From an uncultured Hyphomicrobiales bacterium (GTDB lineage: Bacteria > Pseudomonadota > Alphaproteobacteria > Rhizobiales > CAJQND01), in assembly GCA_905479595.1 (NCBI GenBank), contig CAJQND010000192.1, positions 1 through 30,322 of the forward strand: a stretch of DNA of 30,322 bases, read 5' to 3'. This document shows positions 9,061-19,215 of this stretch, in pieces. The notes beneath the pieces were generated by a model that was given only the letters and a program-made list of their open reading frames with translations, had not been told where the DNA came from and made no database searches. The position numbers and the translations under genes were made by a program. Every line of letters starts with the position of its first letter. The stretch's first letter is position 1.

Positions 9061-11505
9061 ATGATGACGCTTTACCGAACCCTGTGCCGGGCTCTTGCCG
9101 CGTGCCTTTTTCTAAGTTTCGTATTCACTGCGCCCGCGTGGACGCAAGAAACATCGCAGGCACCATCCGCCGGAGAACAGATCGACACATTATCGATCGA
9201 GGTTGAGAAGCTTGCCGCAGATATCCGAAAAGACTCTCAATCAGCTGCAGCATTGCGCACAATCCGCACCCGGGCGTTGGAAATCGCCGGAGAATTGCAA
9301 GATATTGCCGCGGACCTGGCCCCGAAAGCCGATGAATTAAACCAGCAACTCGCTGCGTTAAAACCGCAAACGGCAGAAAAAGATGGCGATCAAGAAAGCG
9401 CAATAAAGGAAAGTGCAAAGGCCAAGGCTGAACGTGAAAAAATTGAAGCTCGATTTGCCAAAGCTGACGGGTCTGTGAAGCGAGCAAGTGCTGTGGCCTC
9501 TCACGCTGCACAAATCGCCAGCCAGGTTAGCACCATAATCGAGGAGCGGTTTGCTCGCAAAATTCTCGCCCTCGAACGTTCTCCATTTTCACCTGGCTTT
9601 TGGCGTGACGGCATTGCGGGATTGTCTTCTGCAATTTCATATTCAACCCAGTTAGTAGTCGACGGTACCAAAGAATTCTTTTCCAAGCCTGCGACCGCGA
9701 CAGTCCTTGCACTCATCGTGTTGGTTTCGTTTGCCACAGCATTTCTGCGCTTAATTCGCAAACATATCATGGGCTTCCTGTTAAAACGTTTTGGCATTTC
9801 GCTTGCCCACCGCCGGGAAAAACAGATCGCAGCGTTAATCCTGGTCGCCCTGGTGTTCGCATTGCCGGTTTTTGCTACCAAAGGGGCGCTTGTCTATGCA
9901 GACGCATGGAACATGGTCTCATGGCCAATGGGCGTATTCTTTGAAAAATTCATGAATGCTTTGGTGGTCTTTTCATCTGCATTCGCTTTGGCGCTGGTTT
10001 GCTATGCGCCATACCAGAGCGGGCTCCGGCTTTCCTCGGTACCCGATGAAGTGGCCCGACCCGTATTCATCCTGTTCGTCGGACCAGTCCTGATAGCAAG
10101 TTTTGGCGTACTGTTGGAAGGTTTTGAGCTTGCCGCCACCTGGCCAAAGGACACAGTGGTCCTCACCTACGCCGTTCTGGCATTAGTGTTTGCAGGCCTT
10201 TTGCTGGTCAATCTGCGCCGGTTTAGAGCGTTGATGGCACGTTCACCGGAGTTGACGGAAGAGGTATCATCAGTCCTGCTTGGCCGCTCCTTGCCATTTC
10301 TCCTTGAACTTGCAGCAATGGCAATCATCGTGCTGGTGATGATTGGGTATTCGGCCCTCGGCTGGTTTATCTCCAAACAAGTTGTCTGGATTTTCGCCGT
10401 TCTCGCGGGGACTGCATTTTTTGGCCGCAGCTTCAATCGACTCTTTGCTTCTGAGCTTGATACAGACGCAGCCATTGTCTCACGCGCAGCGCGTAAATCA
10501 GGTATCCGGCCGGCACGAGTGGTCCAGTTCGGCATTCTCATGTCAGGTTTAGTGTGGATCGCACTCGCTGTTTTGGCACTGGCGTTTATTGTCTATCCGT
10601 TTGCCCCAAGTTCCGCGACGCTGGTTGAACATTTACGTGCAGTGCTCACGAAAATCCAAATTGGTGCTGTTCAAATATCCAGTCAGGATATCATTTTATC
10701 TATCATCGCTTTTGTTGTGACGATCGTTCTTGTGCGTATTTTCAGAGGCTGGATGCGCAATAGCTTCCTGCCAGCAACAGATCTCGATGCCGGGGTGAGG
10801 AACTCCATCCTTACCGCCGTGAGTTATATCGGCTACACCATCGCCGTTCTGCTGGCATTCTATTCTCTGGGTATTGATCTCTCCAACATCGCCTTGCTCG
10901 CGAGTGCCCTTTCGGTGGGGATCGGGTTTGGGTTACAAAGCGTGGTCAACAATTTTGTGTCGGGTTTGATCCTGCTCGTCGAACGGCCGATCCGGGTTGG
11001 TGATTGGATTCAAGCTGGGGCCGATGAGGGCATTGTTAAAAAAATCAATGTACGGGCGACAGAAGTGGAGACTTTCTCCCGCGAAACAATTGTCATTCCA
11101 AATGCAAATCTGATTTCTAATGTGGTGAAAAACCGCATGTTGGCAGGGACCGTGGGCAGGGTCACCATTCCAATTGGAGTGGCTTATGGCACCGACACCC
11201 GAAAGTTCAAGCAGATGTTATTGAATCTTGCCACCAGCCACGAACAGGTCCTCAAAGACCCCGCACCTATCGTCTATTTTCTTGATTTTGGTGATTCCGC
11301 ATTGATGTTCGATCTGCGCATTTATGTGCCCGATATAAACAGCGGGTTCTCCGTCGCGTCTGACCTGAGGTTTGATATTCTCGACAAATGCAATGAAGAA
11401 GGCATCGAGATACCGTTCCCTCAAACTGATCTGCATATTCGCTCTAATGAAGCCAGTTCCGATACGCAAAATACAGTTACTCGGCCTGAGTCCCAACCTG
11501 GCTGA
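9061..11505 (+). CDS. Large mechanosensitive channel, MscS/MscK family (periplasmic coiled-coil N-terminus, DUF3772-like)
   Basis: Signal peptide, helical periplasmic region and about 11 TM segments, then the MscS core GIGFGLQSVVNNFVSGLILLVERPIRVGDWI, IPN, IGVAYG and IEIPFPQ. Confidence 0.92.
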   Translation: MMTLYRTLCRALAACLFLSFVFTAPAWTQETSQAPSAGEQIDTLSIEVEKLAADIRKDSQSAAALRTIRTRALEIAGELQDIAADLAPKADELNQQLAALKPQTAEKDGDQESAIKESAKAKAEREKIEARFAKADGSVKRASAVASHAAQIASQVSTIIEERFARKILALERSPFSPGFWRDGIAGLSSAISYSTQLVVDGTKEFFSKPATATVLALIVLVSFATAFLRLIRKHIMGFLLKRFGISLAHRREKQIAALILVALVFALPVFATKGALVYADAWNMVSWPMGVFFEKFMNALVVFSSAFALALVCYAPYQSGLRLSSVPDEVARPVFILFVGPVLIASFGVLLEGFELAATWPKDTVVLTYAVLALVFAGLLLVNLRRFRALMARSPELTEEVSSVLLGRSLPFLLELAAMAIIVLVMIGYSALGWFISKQVVWIFAVLAGTAFFGRSFNRLFASELDTDAAIVSRAARKSGIRPARVVQFGILMSGLVWIALAVLALAFIVYPFAPSSATLVEHLRAVLTKIQIGAVQISSQDIILSIIAFVVTIVLVRIFRGWMRNSFLPATDLDAGVRNSILTAVSYIGYTIAVLLAFYSLGIDLSNIALLASALSVGIGFGLQSVVNNFVSGLILLVERPIRVGDWIQAGADEGIVKKINVRATEVETFSRETIVIPNANLISNVVKNRMLAGTVGRVTIPIGVAYGTDTRKFKQMLLNLATSHEQVLKDPAPIVYFLDFGDSALMFDLRIYVPDINSGFSVASDLRFDILDKCNEEGIEIPFPQTDLHIRSNEASSDTQNTVTRPESQPG

Positions 11506-12121
11506 CATCTGCCCAATAGCGCCAGTTGCGCGGGTCCTGTTGATTTGTGATTTTAAAATCTTCGCTAAAGGCCTTGGACTTTCCAGGGCCTAAATCAATG
11601 CCGTAAAGAGTGACGTTCTGTGTTCCTGCCGGATTGCAGTTACGGGTCAACTCGTCCAGAAGTACGGTTTCCACCGGTGTCGTGAAGTAACTGGGGCAAG
11701 AAAACAACTGGATGCTGAATGTCACATTTTGCGCGGTATGCTTTTCTGACTGGTTTCTAATCTCGCCAGAGAACGTCCAGGAAAACAAGTCCGCGCGCTC
11801 AACCTGGTTTCCTTCATTGTCCCAAAATGTCTCAATACCAGGCAAAAGCTTGCGTTTGACCATGCCGATGTCGCTTGGTTGCAAGGCAAAGCGCGACTCG
11901 ACGGCAGCGCGGCGGCTCTGAACCGCTTCACGTTCCCGCGTCGTATCTGGTTGCGGTTGGGCTTCGCGCCTGGCTGGCCGATCAATCACAAAAAAGAAAC
12001 CAAAAACCAAAGCAGCGACCACCACCAGTACGCCTATTGCAAGCCCTCTGGTTGCCTTTGAATCGGTGAACAACCACGCGATAACCAGCGTCAAAACAAA
12101 AAGAAAAATCCAACCAATCAC
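11477..12121 (-). CDS. Hypothetical membrane-anchored protein; two N-terminal TM helices and a putative periplasmic FxLYD-like beta-sandwich
   Basis: 214-aa ORF filling the space between the MscS gene and bktB. It has two hydrophobic helices, then G-E-I-R-N...F-S-I-Q-L-F...L-G-P-G-K-S-K-A-F spacing and two Cys. Confidence 0.7.
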   Translation of the reverse strand: MIGWIFLFVLTLVIAWLFTDSKATRGLAIGVLVVVAALVFGFFFVIDRPARREAQPQPDTTREREAVQSRRAAVESRFALQPSDIGMVKRKLLPGIETFWDNEGNQVERADLFSWTFSGEIRNQSEKHTAQNVTFSIQLFSCPSYFTTPVETVLLDELTRNCNPAGTQNVTLYGIDLGPGKSKAFSEDFKITNQQDPRNWRYWADVSQVGTQAE

Positions 12122-12294
12122 AACTCTTAGTCCCGACTACAGATCTAAAACCCAACATCTACAGGGCATGATATTTGCGCAAGTTGCAACCCGTCAATGT
12201 AACGGAGTGAAGCTTGTATCTGCGCTATTGGGATAATTGTAACCGAGCATTGGTGGTGCTAAAGGAGACGCTCATTTTATCGGAGGTTTTTCTA

Positions 12295-13479
12295 ATGTCA
12301 CGTGAAGTTGTCATCCTGTCCGGGGTCCGGACCGCAATCGGCACATTTGGCGGTGCGCTCAAAGGCACAGCGCCGATCGATATGGCTGCAGCCTGCACCG
12401 CAGAAGCGCTTAAACGGGCGGAAACAGCACCAGACGAAGTGGGTCATGTGGTGTTCGGCAACGTAATTCATACAGAACCACGCGATATGTACTTGTCACG
12501 GGTCGCCATGATAAATGCCGGCATTCCCATCGAAACCCCGGCTTTGACATGTAACCGGCTATGCGGATCCGGTGTGCAGGCGATTGTATCTGCGGTCCAG
12601 ACAATCCTGCTCGGGGATGCTGATGTGGCAGTTGCTGGTGGAGCAGAATCTATGTCACGCGCGCCTTATGCATCTCTCAATGCCCGATTCGGCGTAAAAA
12701 TGGGCGATGCCCGTATGACTGATATGATGCTCGGCGCTTTGAACGACCCGTTCGGCGGCGGCCATATGGGTATTACAGCGGAAAACGTGGCGAAAAAATA
12801 TCAGATCAGCCGCACACAGCAGGACGCCTTTGCTGCTGAAAGCCATAAACGGGCAACTGCTGCAATCAAAGCTGGTCACTTCAAAGACCAAATCCTGCCC
12901 ATCGAGGTAAAAGTGGGCCGGGAAATGAAACCGTTCGATACAGATGAGCATGTTCGCTATGACGCTTCTGAAGAAGGTTTTGCCGGGCTGCGCCCCGTCT
13001 TCGATAAAGAAGGTTCTGTTACTGCCGGCAATTCTTCGGGCATCAATGATGGCGGAGCAGCCGTGGTTTTGATGGATGCAGAAGCTGCAGATAAGGCTGG
13101 TCGTAAACCAGTTGCCAAAATTCTTGGCTATGGCCATGCTGGCGTTGACCCGTCAATCATGGGAATTGGTCCAGTACCAGCAGTACAGAACCTGCTGGCC
13201 CGCACTGGAATGAAGGCTGGCGATTTCGATGTGATCGAATCAAACGAAGCCTTTGCTGCCCAGGCTTGTGCAGTCTCCAAAGAACTGGGATTGGACAATG
13301 CCAAGGTGAACCCGAATGGTGGTGCGATCGCACTTGGCCATCCAGTTGGCGCGACAGGTGCAATCATTACGGTGAAAGCGATCAATGAGCTGCACCGCAC
13401 TGGCGGGCGCTACGGCCTGATCACAATGTGCATCGGCGGTGGCCAAGGGATCGCCCTTGCCATTGAGGCAATGCACTAA
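12295..13479 (+). CDS. bktB: Acetyl-CoA C-acyltransferase (beta-ketothiolase), BktB-like
   Basis: MSREVVILSGVRTAIGTFGG, GNVIHTEPRDMYL, catalytic NRLCGSG, NEAFAAQ, GHPVGATG and MCIGGGQG. It closely resembles Cupriavidus BktB as I recall it. SD GGAGG precedes the ATG at 12295. Confidence 0.88.
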   Translation: MSREVVILSGVRTAIGTFGGALKGTAPIDMAAACTAEALKRAETAPDEVGHVVFGNVIHTEPRDMYLSRVAMINAGIPIETPALTCNRLCGSGVQAIVSAVQTILLGDADVAVAGGAESMSRAPYASLNARFGVKMGDARMTDMMLGALNDPFGGGHMGITAENVAKKYQISRTQQDAFAAESHKRATAAIKAGHFKDQILPIEVKVGREMKPFDTDEHVRYDASEEGFAGLRPVFDKEGSVTAGNSSGINDGGAAVVLMDAEAADKAGRKPVAKILGYGHAGVDPSIMGIGPVPAVQNLLARTGMKAGDFDVIESNEAFAAQACAVSKELGLDNAKVNPNGGAIALGHPVGATGAIITVKAINELHRTGGRYGLITMCIGGGQGIALAIEAMH

Positions 13480-13489
13480 CGAGAGAGTG

Positions 13490-13927
13490 TTACGGAGAAT
13501 ATGGTTTGGTGGGGAGCCCGGCTTTAAGCCAACCTGGCCCAGCGGGTGACCCCATCATACCCTCTGCCACATCATAAACATTGGTGTAGCCTCTTCGTTT
13601 AAGCTCACCCTGGAGCCAGCTCGAACGCCCACCGACCGCACAGATCAACGCCACCGGTTTTGATTTATCATTACCCGCCGCGGCGAGAAGCTTCTTGAGA
13701 AACCCCGCCTCATGCATCGAAATTGGCGTGGCGGATGCACCAATTTTCGTTTCGCGCCACTCGCCTGGAGTGCGCACATCAACGAGCAGAACCTCGCCGT
13801 TTGAAGCCTTTTGATGGGCGGCGGAAACGCTGAGTTTTTCTGCAGAATGTGCCATGCCAGCGGCCAGCATCATTATCAAAAATGTGAAGCCTGCGACCAA
13901 TGTATTATGTGTTTTCAATGTTATCAT
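13490..13927 (-). CDS. Exported single-domain rhodanese-like protein
   Basis: Signal peptide (AHS/AE), LVDVRTPGEW, active-site loop ICAVGGRS, VYDVAEGM.G...W..AGLP. Confidence 0.85.
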   Translation of the reverse strand: MITLKTHNTLVAGFTFLIMMLAAGMAHSAEKLSVSAAHQKASNGEVLLVDVRTPGEWRETKIGASATPISMHEAGFLKKLLAAAGNDKSKPVALICAVGGRSSWLQGELKRRGYTNVYDVAEGMMGSPAGPGWLKAGLPTKPYSP

Positions 13928-13988
13928 GCAGCACTTCTAACATGATAGCCGGTAATCTGGTTTTCAACTTTATGCGAAGCGGACCTGA

Positions 13989-14606
13989 TCAGAACCTGGA
14001 CCAGACAAGCCCACCAGCGATCGCCCACATAACCAACCAGACAAATATATCCAGCCCGCGCTGGGCTTGTGGTTTGGACAAGATTGGACTTGCCACCTTG
14101 GCCCCCAGAGCAATGGCAAAAAACCAGATAAAAGACGCGATTGCAGCACCCGTCGCAAAAATAAACCGATGATCTCTGGGATACTGCGCACCAATTGAGC
14201 CAAGCAGCACGACAGTATCCAAATAGACATGCGGGTTTAGCAAGGAGAATGCCGCCGTCGTCGTCAAGACTGCAGACAAGGTGCGCTTGGGGCGATTTTC
14301 TCCAAGTTGGATTTTTTCAATACGAGGCCAGATTGCCGCTTTGAGCGCCAGGGCCCCATAGACAAAAAGAAAAAGCGCGCCGCCCCAGGCCGCAATCGCA
14401 GTCAGCGTGGCATTTTGGGCAATCAGGCTACCTACTCCGGCGACACCAGCGTAAATCAGCACCGAATCGATGAAGGAACATGTAAACGCAACCGCCAACG
14501 CATGTTCATGCTTCAAACCCTGACGCAGCACAAACAGGTTTTGTGCCCCAATGGCTACAATCAGACTGAGGCCTAGGAGAAAACCTTCTTGGGCGGCAGA
14601 CAACAT
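13989..14606 (-). CDS. LysE/ArgO family amino-acid exporter
   Basis: GLSLIVAIGAQNLFVLRQGL, SLLNPHVYLDTVVLLGSIG, FATGAAIASFIWF. An in-frame TTG at 14609 is an alternative start. Confidence 0.92.
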   Translation of the reverse strand: MLSAAQEGFLLGLSLIVAIGAQNLFVLRQGLKHEHALAVAFTCSFIDSVLIYAGVAGVGSLIAQNATLTAIAAWGGALFLFVYGALALKAAIWPRIEKIQLGENRPKRTLSAVLTTTAAFSLLNPHVYLDTVVLLGSIGAQYPRDHRFIFATGAAIASFIWFFAIALGAKVASPILSKPQAQRGLDIFVWLVMWAIAGGLVWSRF

Positions 14607-14699
14607 CAACGAAAGTTCCTTTGTAACATCCCTATCGCAGTCGTTATGGTATAGGTGCCGCAGTTCAATTTAGATTTAGTCAGCATGTAGCATGCCCAC

Positions 14700-17525
14700 A
14701 TGAGCCAGAAAACACCCGTTCGCAAGAATGATGCACACGCTATCTTCGACGCAGAGGCCCTGCGCCATAACCTTACCGCACTTTGGCGCGAACACGGGGA
14801 CAGCGGCAACAAACTGCGCCTCGCGGCACTCAATCATCTCAAGGACGTGCTGAAAGCAAGTCGACAAAAAATTCAAGAGCGCTTTGAAGCCAATAACAAT
14901 GGCACAAACTGCGCCCATGAACTCTCATGGGTGCAAGATGAGCTGATCAGAGTTATCCACGACTTCACTGTGACGCATGTTTACCGCGCCAAAAACCCCT
15001 CAGATGCCGAACGGATCGGCATCGTGGCACAGGGCGGTTATGGGCGCGGTGCGTTAGCACCAGGTTCAGATATCGACCTCTTGTTTGTGCTGCCCTACAA
15101 GCAGACGGCTTGGGGCGAGAGCGTTATTGAATATATGCTCTATATGCTTTGGGATCTCGGCTTCAAGGTCGGCCACGCCACCCGGTCAGTCGATGAATGC
15201 ATTCGCCTGTCGCGCACAGATTCCACCATCCTCACAGCGATGCTGGAAGCGCGCTACATTTGGGGCGACGAACAGCTTTTCGATGACCTCACCGCCCGTT
15301 ACCGTGATGAACTGATGGGGGCAAAGGGTGCTGCCAAGGCATTCATTGCTACCAAACTGGCAGAGCGTGACAAACGTCATAAGCGCAACGGTGAATCACG
15401 TTATCTGGTCGAGCCTGACGTGAAAGACGGTAAGGGCGGTATGCGCGACCTGCACACCCTGTTCTGGATTGCGCGCTTTGTCTACGGGCAGGCGAAACCA
15501 GGTGAATTGTTTGAGCCAGGTATTTTCACACAAGAAGAATTGAAACAGTTCAAACGCTGTGAAGATTTCCTTTGGACCGTGCGCTGCCACATGCATTTTC
15601 TCGCAAGGCGTGGCGATGACAAGCTGACTTTCGACAAACAAGGCGAAATGGCGCAGCGGCTCGGGTATCCAGAAGAAGAAAACATCGCCCGTGTTGAACA
15701 TTTCATGCGCGACTATTTTCTTGTTGCCAAACAAGTAGGTGATCTGACCCGCATTTTTTGCGCGGTGCTGGAAGAGCGCGAACTGAAAAACGCGCCAAAA
15801 ATGAGCGAATTGTTCCGCCGCCTCACTGTTGGGTGGAAAAAAAATGGCGCGATCAAGGGAAGTGATGATTTCATGTTCGACGCCGGACGCATCACATTTA
15901 CCCGTGAAACCGCGTTAAAAGACGACCCAGTCAACATAATTCGCCTTTTCTGGCATGCAGACAAAAACAACACTGGCATTCATCCGGACGCGCTCAAACT
16001 CGTAACAAGGTCCTTGAAGTTGATCGGCAAGGATGTCCGAAATGACCCTAAGGCGAATGCTCTGTTTGTCGACATCCTGACGTCTAAGCGCGAGCCGGAA
16101 GTCATATTGCGGCGCTTGAACGAAGCCGGGGTTTTGGGCCGCTTCATTCCCGATTTTGGGCGTATCGTCGCCCATATGCAGTTCAACATGTACCATCACT
16201 ACACGGTGGATGAACATCTTTTGCGTTCAGTTGGTGTGTTGGCGGAAATCGAGCGGGGCGAACTTGCTGAAGAACACCCGTTAGCAAATGAAATTTTTCA
16301 CGCACTGAAGGGCCGCAGGGCGCTTTATGTAGCAACATTCATCCACGACATCGCCAAGGGCAGACCAGAAAGCCACTCTATCGCTGGCGAAAAGGTTGCG
16401 CAAAAACTGTGCCCAAGACTAGGACTATCACCAGCAGAGACGGAGACTGTCGCGTGGCTGGTACGCCATCATTTGTTGATGAGCGAAACTGCACAGCTGC
16501 GCGATCTGAACGATTTCAAATCGATTGCCGATTTTGCAGCTGTCGTCCAAAGCCCAGAGCGGCTCAAGCTGCTGCTAATTCTCACCGTAGCTGACATTAA
16601 AGCCGTTGGACCAGGTGTATGGAATGGCTGGAAGGGACAGCTGCTGCGAACACTCTATGCGGAAACGGAACCCCATCTGTCCGGCGGTCATGCCCGTATT
16701 TCCCGCAACCAGCGCGCCGATGCAGCGAAAGAGAAATTCGCAACCCGCATGAGCATTTGGCCGGAAAGCCGGATCAAAAAATATTTGAAAAATCACTACG
16801 CCCCTTACTGGCTCAACGTCGACATTGAACACCAGGTGCAACACGCGGAGATGATCGCTCAGGCAGCAAAAGACAAAAAACCAGTTCACACCGCTGTTAA
16901 ATCAGACAAGTTTACCGAGATCACTGAACTGGTTGTCTATGCGGCTGATCATCCACGTCTTCTTGCACTTATGACCGGGGCATGTTCGGCTGCAGGGGCG
17001 AACATTGCCGGGGCACAGATTTTCACAACAGCCAACGGTATGGCTATCGATACACTCCTGATCCAGCGCGAATTTGATGACGAAGAAGATGAAACCCGCC
17101 GGGCTAAACGGATCGCCGACCTGGTTGTTAAAGCGCTCACTGGCGAAGTGCGCCTTAGCACGCTCCTTGCCAAACGCCCCAAGCCATCGAGCCGGGTCAA
17201 GGCGTTCAAAGTTGAACCGCAAGTTTTGATCGACAACGACACGTCCAACCTGCACACGGTTATTGAGGTAAATGGGCTTGACCGTACTGGCCTTCTATAT
17301 GACCTCACTGAAGCTTTGTTCCGGCTTAATCTCAACATTGCATCTGCCCATATCACCACTTTTGGAGAAAAGGCAGTTGACGTTTTTTATGTCACAGATT
17401 TGACCAATCAGAAGATTATGAACGCTAATCGCCGCACGGCGATCAAACGGCAACTGCTTGCAGCGCTTTCGCCAGACCCGGAAAAGCGAAAAAAAGCGAG
17501 TGAAGACATGCGTGAAACATCGTAA
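14700..17525 (+). CDS. glnD: [Protein-PII] uridylyltransferase / uridylyl-removing enzyme
   Basis: NT domain GGYGRG...SDIDLLF, EPDVKDGKGGMRDLH, QFNMYHHYTVDEH, HD domain HDIAKGR, and two C-terminal ACT domains (DHPRLL, DRTGLLY). Confidence 0.98.
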   Translation: MSQKTPVRKNDAHAIFDAEALRHNLTALWREHGDSGNKLRLAALNHLKDVLKASRQKIQERFEANNNGTNCAHELSWVQDELIRVIHDFTVTHVYRAKNPSDAERIGIVAQGGYGRGALAPGSDIDLLFVLPYKQTAWGESVIEYMLYMLWDLGFKVGHATRSVDECIRLSRTDSTILTAMLEARYIWGDEQLFDDLTARYRDELMGAKGAAKAFIATKLAERDKRHKRNGESRYLVEPDVKDGKGGMRDLHTLFWIARFVYGQAKPGELFEPGIFTQEELKQFKRCEDFLWTVRCHMHFLARRGDDKLTFDKQGEMAQRLGYPEEENIARVEHFMRDYFLVAKQVGDLTRIFCAVLEERELKNAPKMSELFRRLTVGWKKNGAIKGSDDFMFDAGRITFTRETALKDDPVNIIRLFWHADKNNTGIHPDALKLVTRSLKLIGKDVRNDPKANALFVDILTSKREPEVILRRLNEAGVLGRFIPDFGRIVAHMQFNMYHHYTVDEHLLRSVGVLAEIERGELAEEHPLANEIFHALKGRRALYVATFIHDIAKGRPESHSIAGEKVAQKLCPRLGLSPAETETVAWLVRHHLLMSETAQLRDLNDFKSIADFAAVVQSPERLKLLLILTVADIKAVGPGVWNGWKGQLLRTLYAETEPHLSGGHARISRNQRADAAKEKFATRMSIWPESRIKKYLKNHYAPYWLNVDIEHQVQHAEMIAQAAKDKKPVHTAVKSDKFTEITELVVYAADHPRLLALMTGACSAAGANIAGAQIFTTANGMAIDTLLIQREFDDEEDETRRAKRIADLVVKALTGEVRLSTLLAKRPKPSSRVKAFKVEPQVLIDNDTSNLHTVIEVNGLDRTGLLYDLTEALFRLNLNIASAHITTFGEKAVDVFYVTDLTNQKIMNANRRTAIKRQLLAALSPDPEKRKKASEDMRETS

Positions 17526-17542
17526 GTTAACCAAACCTTAAC
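17526..17542. promoter_or_regulatory. CtrA full binding site upstream of murJ
   Basis: GTTAA-CCAAACC-TTAAC is an exact TTAA-N7-TTAAC match on both strands, in the 68-bp glnD-murJ spacer. Confidence 0.7.
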
Positions 17543-17593
17543 GCGCTGTGCCGTTTTGTATCGTATGGGACTTGAACCGGAAAATATGCGCAG

Positions 17594-19159
17594 ATGAATC
17601 TTTTTCGATCAGCCGCCACTGTAGGCGGTTTTACAATGATGAGCCGTGTCCTGGGTTTCGTACGAGAACTCCTGATTGCCTCTCTGCTGGGTACCGGCCC
17701 TGTCGCCGATGCATTTTATGCCGCGTTCCGGTTTCCCAACTTGTTCAGGCGGCTTTTTGCCGAGGGCGCGTTTAACGCCGCATTTATTCCACTATTTTCG
17801 AAAGAACTTGAAGGCGGCGGCGAAAGTCAGGCCCGTGAATTTTCCAGTGAAGTTGTCAGCGTTCTGGCCGTAATTTTGCTCGGCCTGACGGCATTGGCTG
17901 AAATCTTCATGCCCTTCCTCGTTACATGGGTCGTGGCGCCGGGATTTACCGATAATCCAGAAAAGTACGAACTGACGGTACTGCTCACCCGGATCATGTT
18001 TCCCTATTTGGCATGCATGTCGTTAGTGGCAATGTTTTCTGGTGTTCTAAACTCTCTTGGCAAATTTGCTGCCGCCGCCTTTGCACCGGTTTTGTTGAAC
18101 ATTCTGATGATCACGGTGCTTCTTGCCGTAACGTTCACGGGTGGTATGGAGCCCGGTGCTGTTGGGACGATTATGAGTTGGACGGTATGTGCGTCAGGCT
18201 TCCTGCAGCTTGGGTTACTGGTGGTGGCGGTGAAAAAATCCAATCTACTACCAGTGCTAAAACGTCCTTCCCTAACCCCCAGGGTCAAACGCCTGTTGAT
18301 CTTGAGCATCCCGGCTGCGACCGCCGGGGGAATTACCCAAATCAACCTTTTGATTGGCCAAATGATTGCCAGTCAGAAAGAAGGGGCAATTTCCATTTTG
18401 CAATATGCTGACCGAATTTACCAACTGCCGCTGGGTGTGGTTGGCATTGCGGTAGGTGTTGCGCTTTTGCCAAACATTTCCCGCAAATTACAGGCAAACG
18501 ATATGGCAGGCGTTGACCACAGTCAAAATCGGGCATTGGAACTCTCAATGCTGCTGACTGTTCCAGCGGCGGCCGGGATCATGTGTCTGGCCCAGCCAGT
18601 GATCAATGTTTTGTTTGAACGTGGTCAGTTTTCAGCAGTAGATACTGCGGCAACTGCACCTGCATTGATCGCATTTGCCATGGGGCTTCCAGCTTTTGTT
18701 ATGATCAAGGTTTTTTCACCAGGTTTTTTTGCTCGCGAAGACACCCGTACACCGATGATTTTTGCTGCGGTTTCGGTATTTATCAATATCGCCGGCTCAT
18801 TGATGTTGTTTCCCATTTACCAGGAAATGGGCATCGCAATTGCCACGTCAATATCGGCCTGGGTCAATGCTGGATTACTTGGCGTGGTACTGGCAAGCCG
18901 CGGGCATTACACGCCAGACGCCCAGATTCACCGTAATTTATCGCTCATTTTATTGGCAAGCGCATTGATGGCAGGTGCGCTTGTCCTCATGATGTTGAAT
19001 GCCAGCAGCATTTTTACAAGCGACTTCTCAATTTTCACAAGAATTGTCACACTGGCTGGCTTGGTTGGTCTTGGCGCGGCGATTTTTGGCGGTATTTGCC
19101 AGCTTACCGGCGTGGTTACCGTGCAAGATCTGCGTAAAATGTTCCGCAAATCCCAATAG
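17594..19159 (+). CDS. murJ: Lipid II flippase MurJ (MviN)
   Basis: [66 protein letters not shown]; directly downstream of glnD. Confidence 0.97.
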   Translation: MNLFRSAATVGGFTMMSRVLGFVRELLIASLLGTGPVADAFYAAFRFPNLFRRLFAEGAFNAAFIPLFSKELEGGGESQAREFSSEVVSVLAVILLGLTALAEIFMPFLVTWVVAPGFTDNPEKYELTVLLTRIMFPYLACMSLVAMFSGVLNSLGKFAAAAFAPVLLNILMITVLLAVTFTGGMEPGAVGTIMSWTVCASGFLQLGLLVVAVKKSNLLPVLKRPSLTPRVKRLLILSIPAATAGGITQINLLIGQMIASQKEGAISILQYADRIYQLPLGVVGIAVGVALLPNISRKLQANDMAGVDHSQNRALELSMLLTVPAAAGIMCLAQPVINVLFERGQFSAVDTAATAPALIAFAMGLPAFVMIKVFSPGFFAREDTRTPMIFAAVSVFINIAGSLMLFPIYQEMGIAIATSISAWVNAGLLGVVLASRGHYTPDAQIHRNLSLILLASALMAGALVLMMLNASSIFTSDFSIFTRIVTLAGLVGLGAAIFGGICQLTGVVTVQDLRKMFRKSQ

Positions 19160-19215
19160 GTCTTGGCAGACGCACGCCAATCGGTCATACAGCGAGCCGG
19201 TCAAGGAGCCTGAAT

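Noticed and set aside
9061-11505. Large MscS as part of an osmolyte system with the betaine transporter
   Set aside because: This channel type is common in alphaproteobacteria and is separated from the transporter by 10 kb of unrelated genes.
1365-13927. Two rhodanese-domain genes as a sulfur-relay system
   Set aside because: TrhO is a cytoplasmic tRNA hydroxylase, while the other is exported and 11 kb away; nothing links them.
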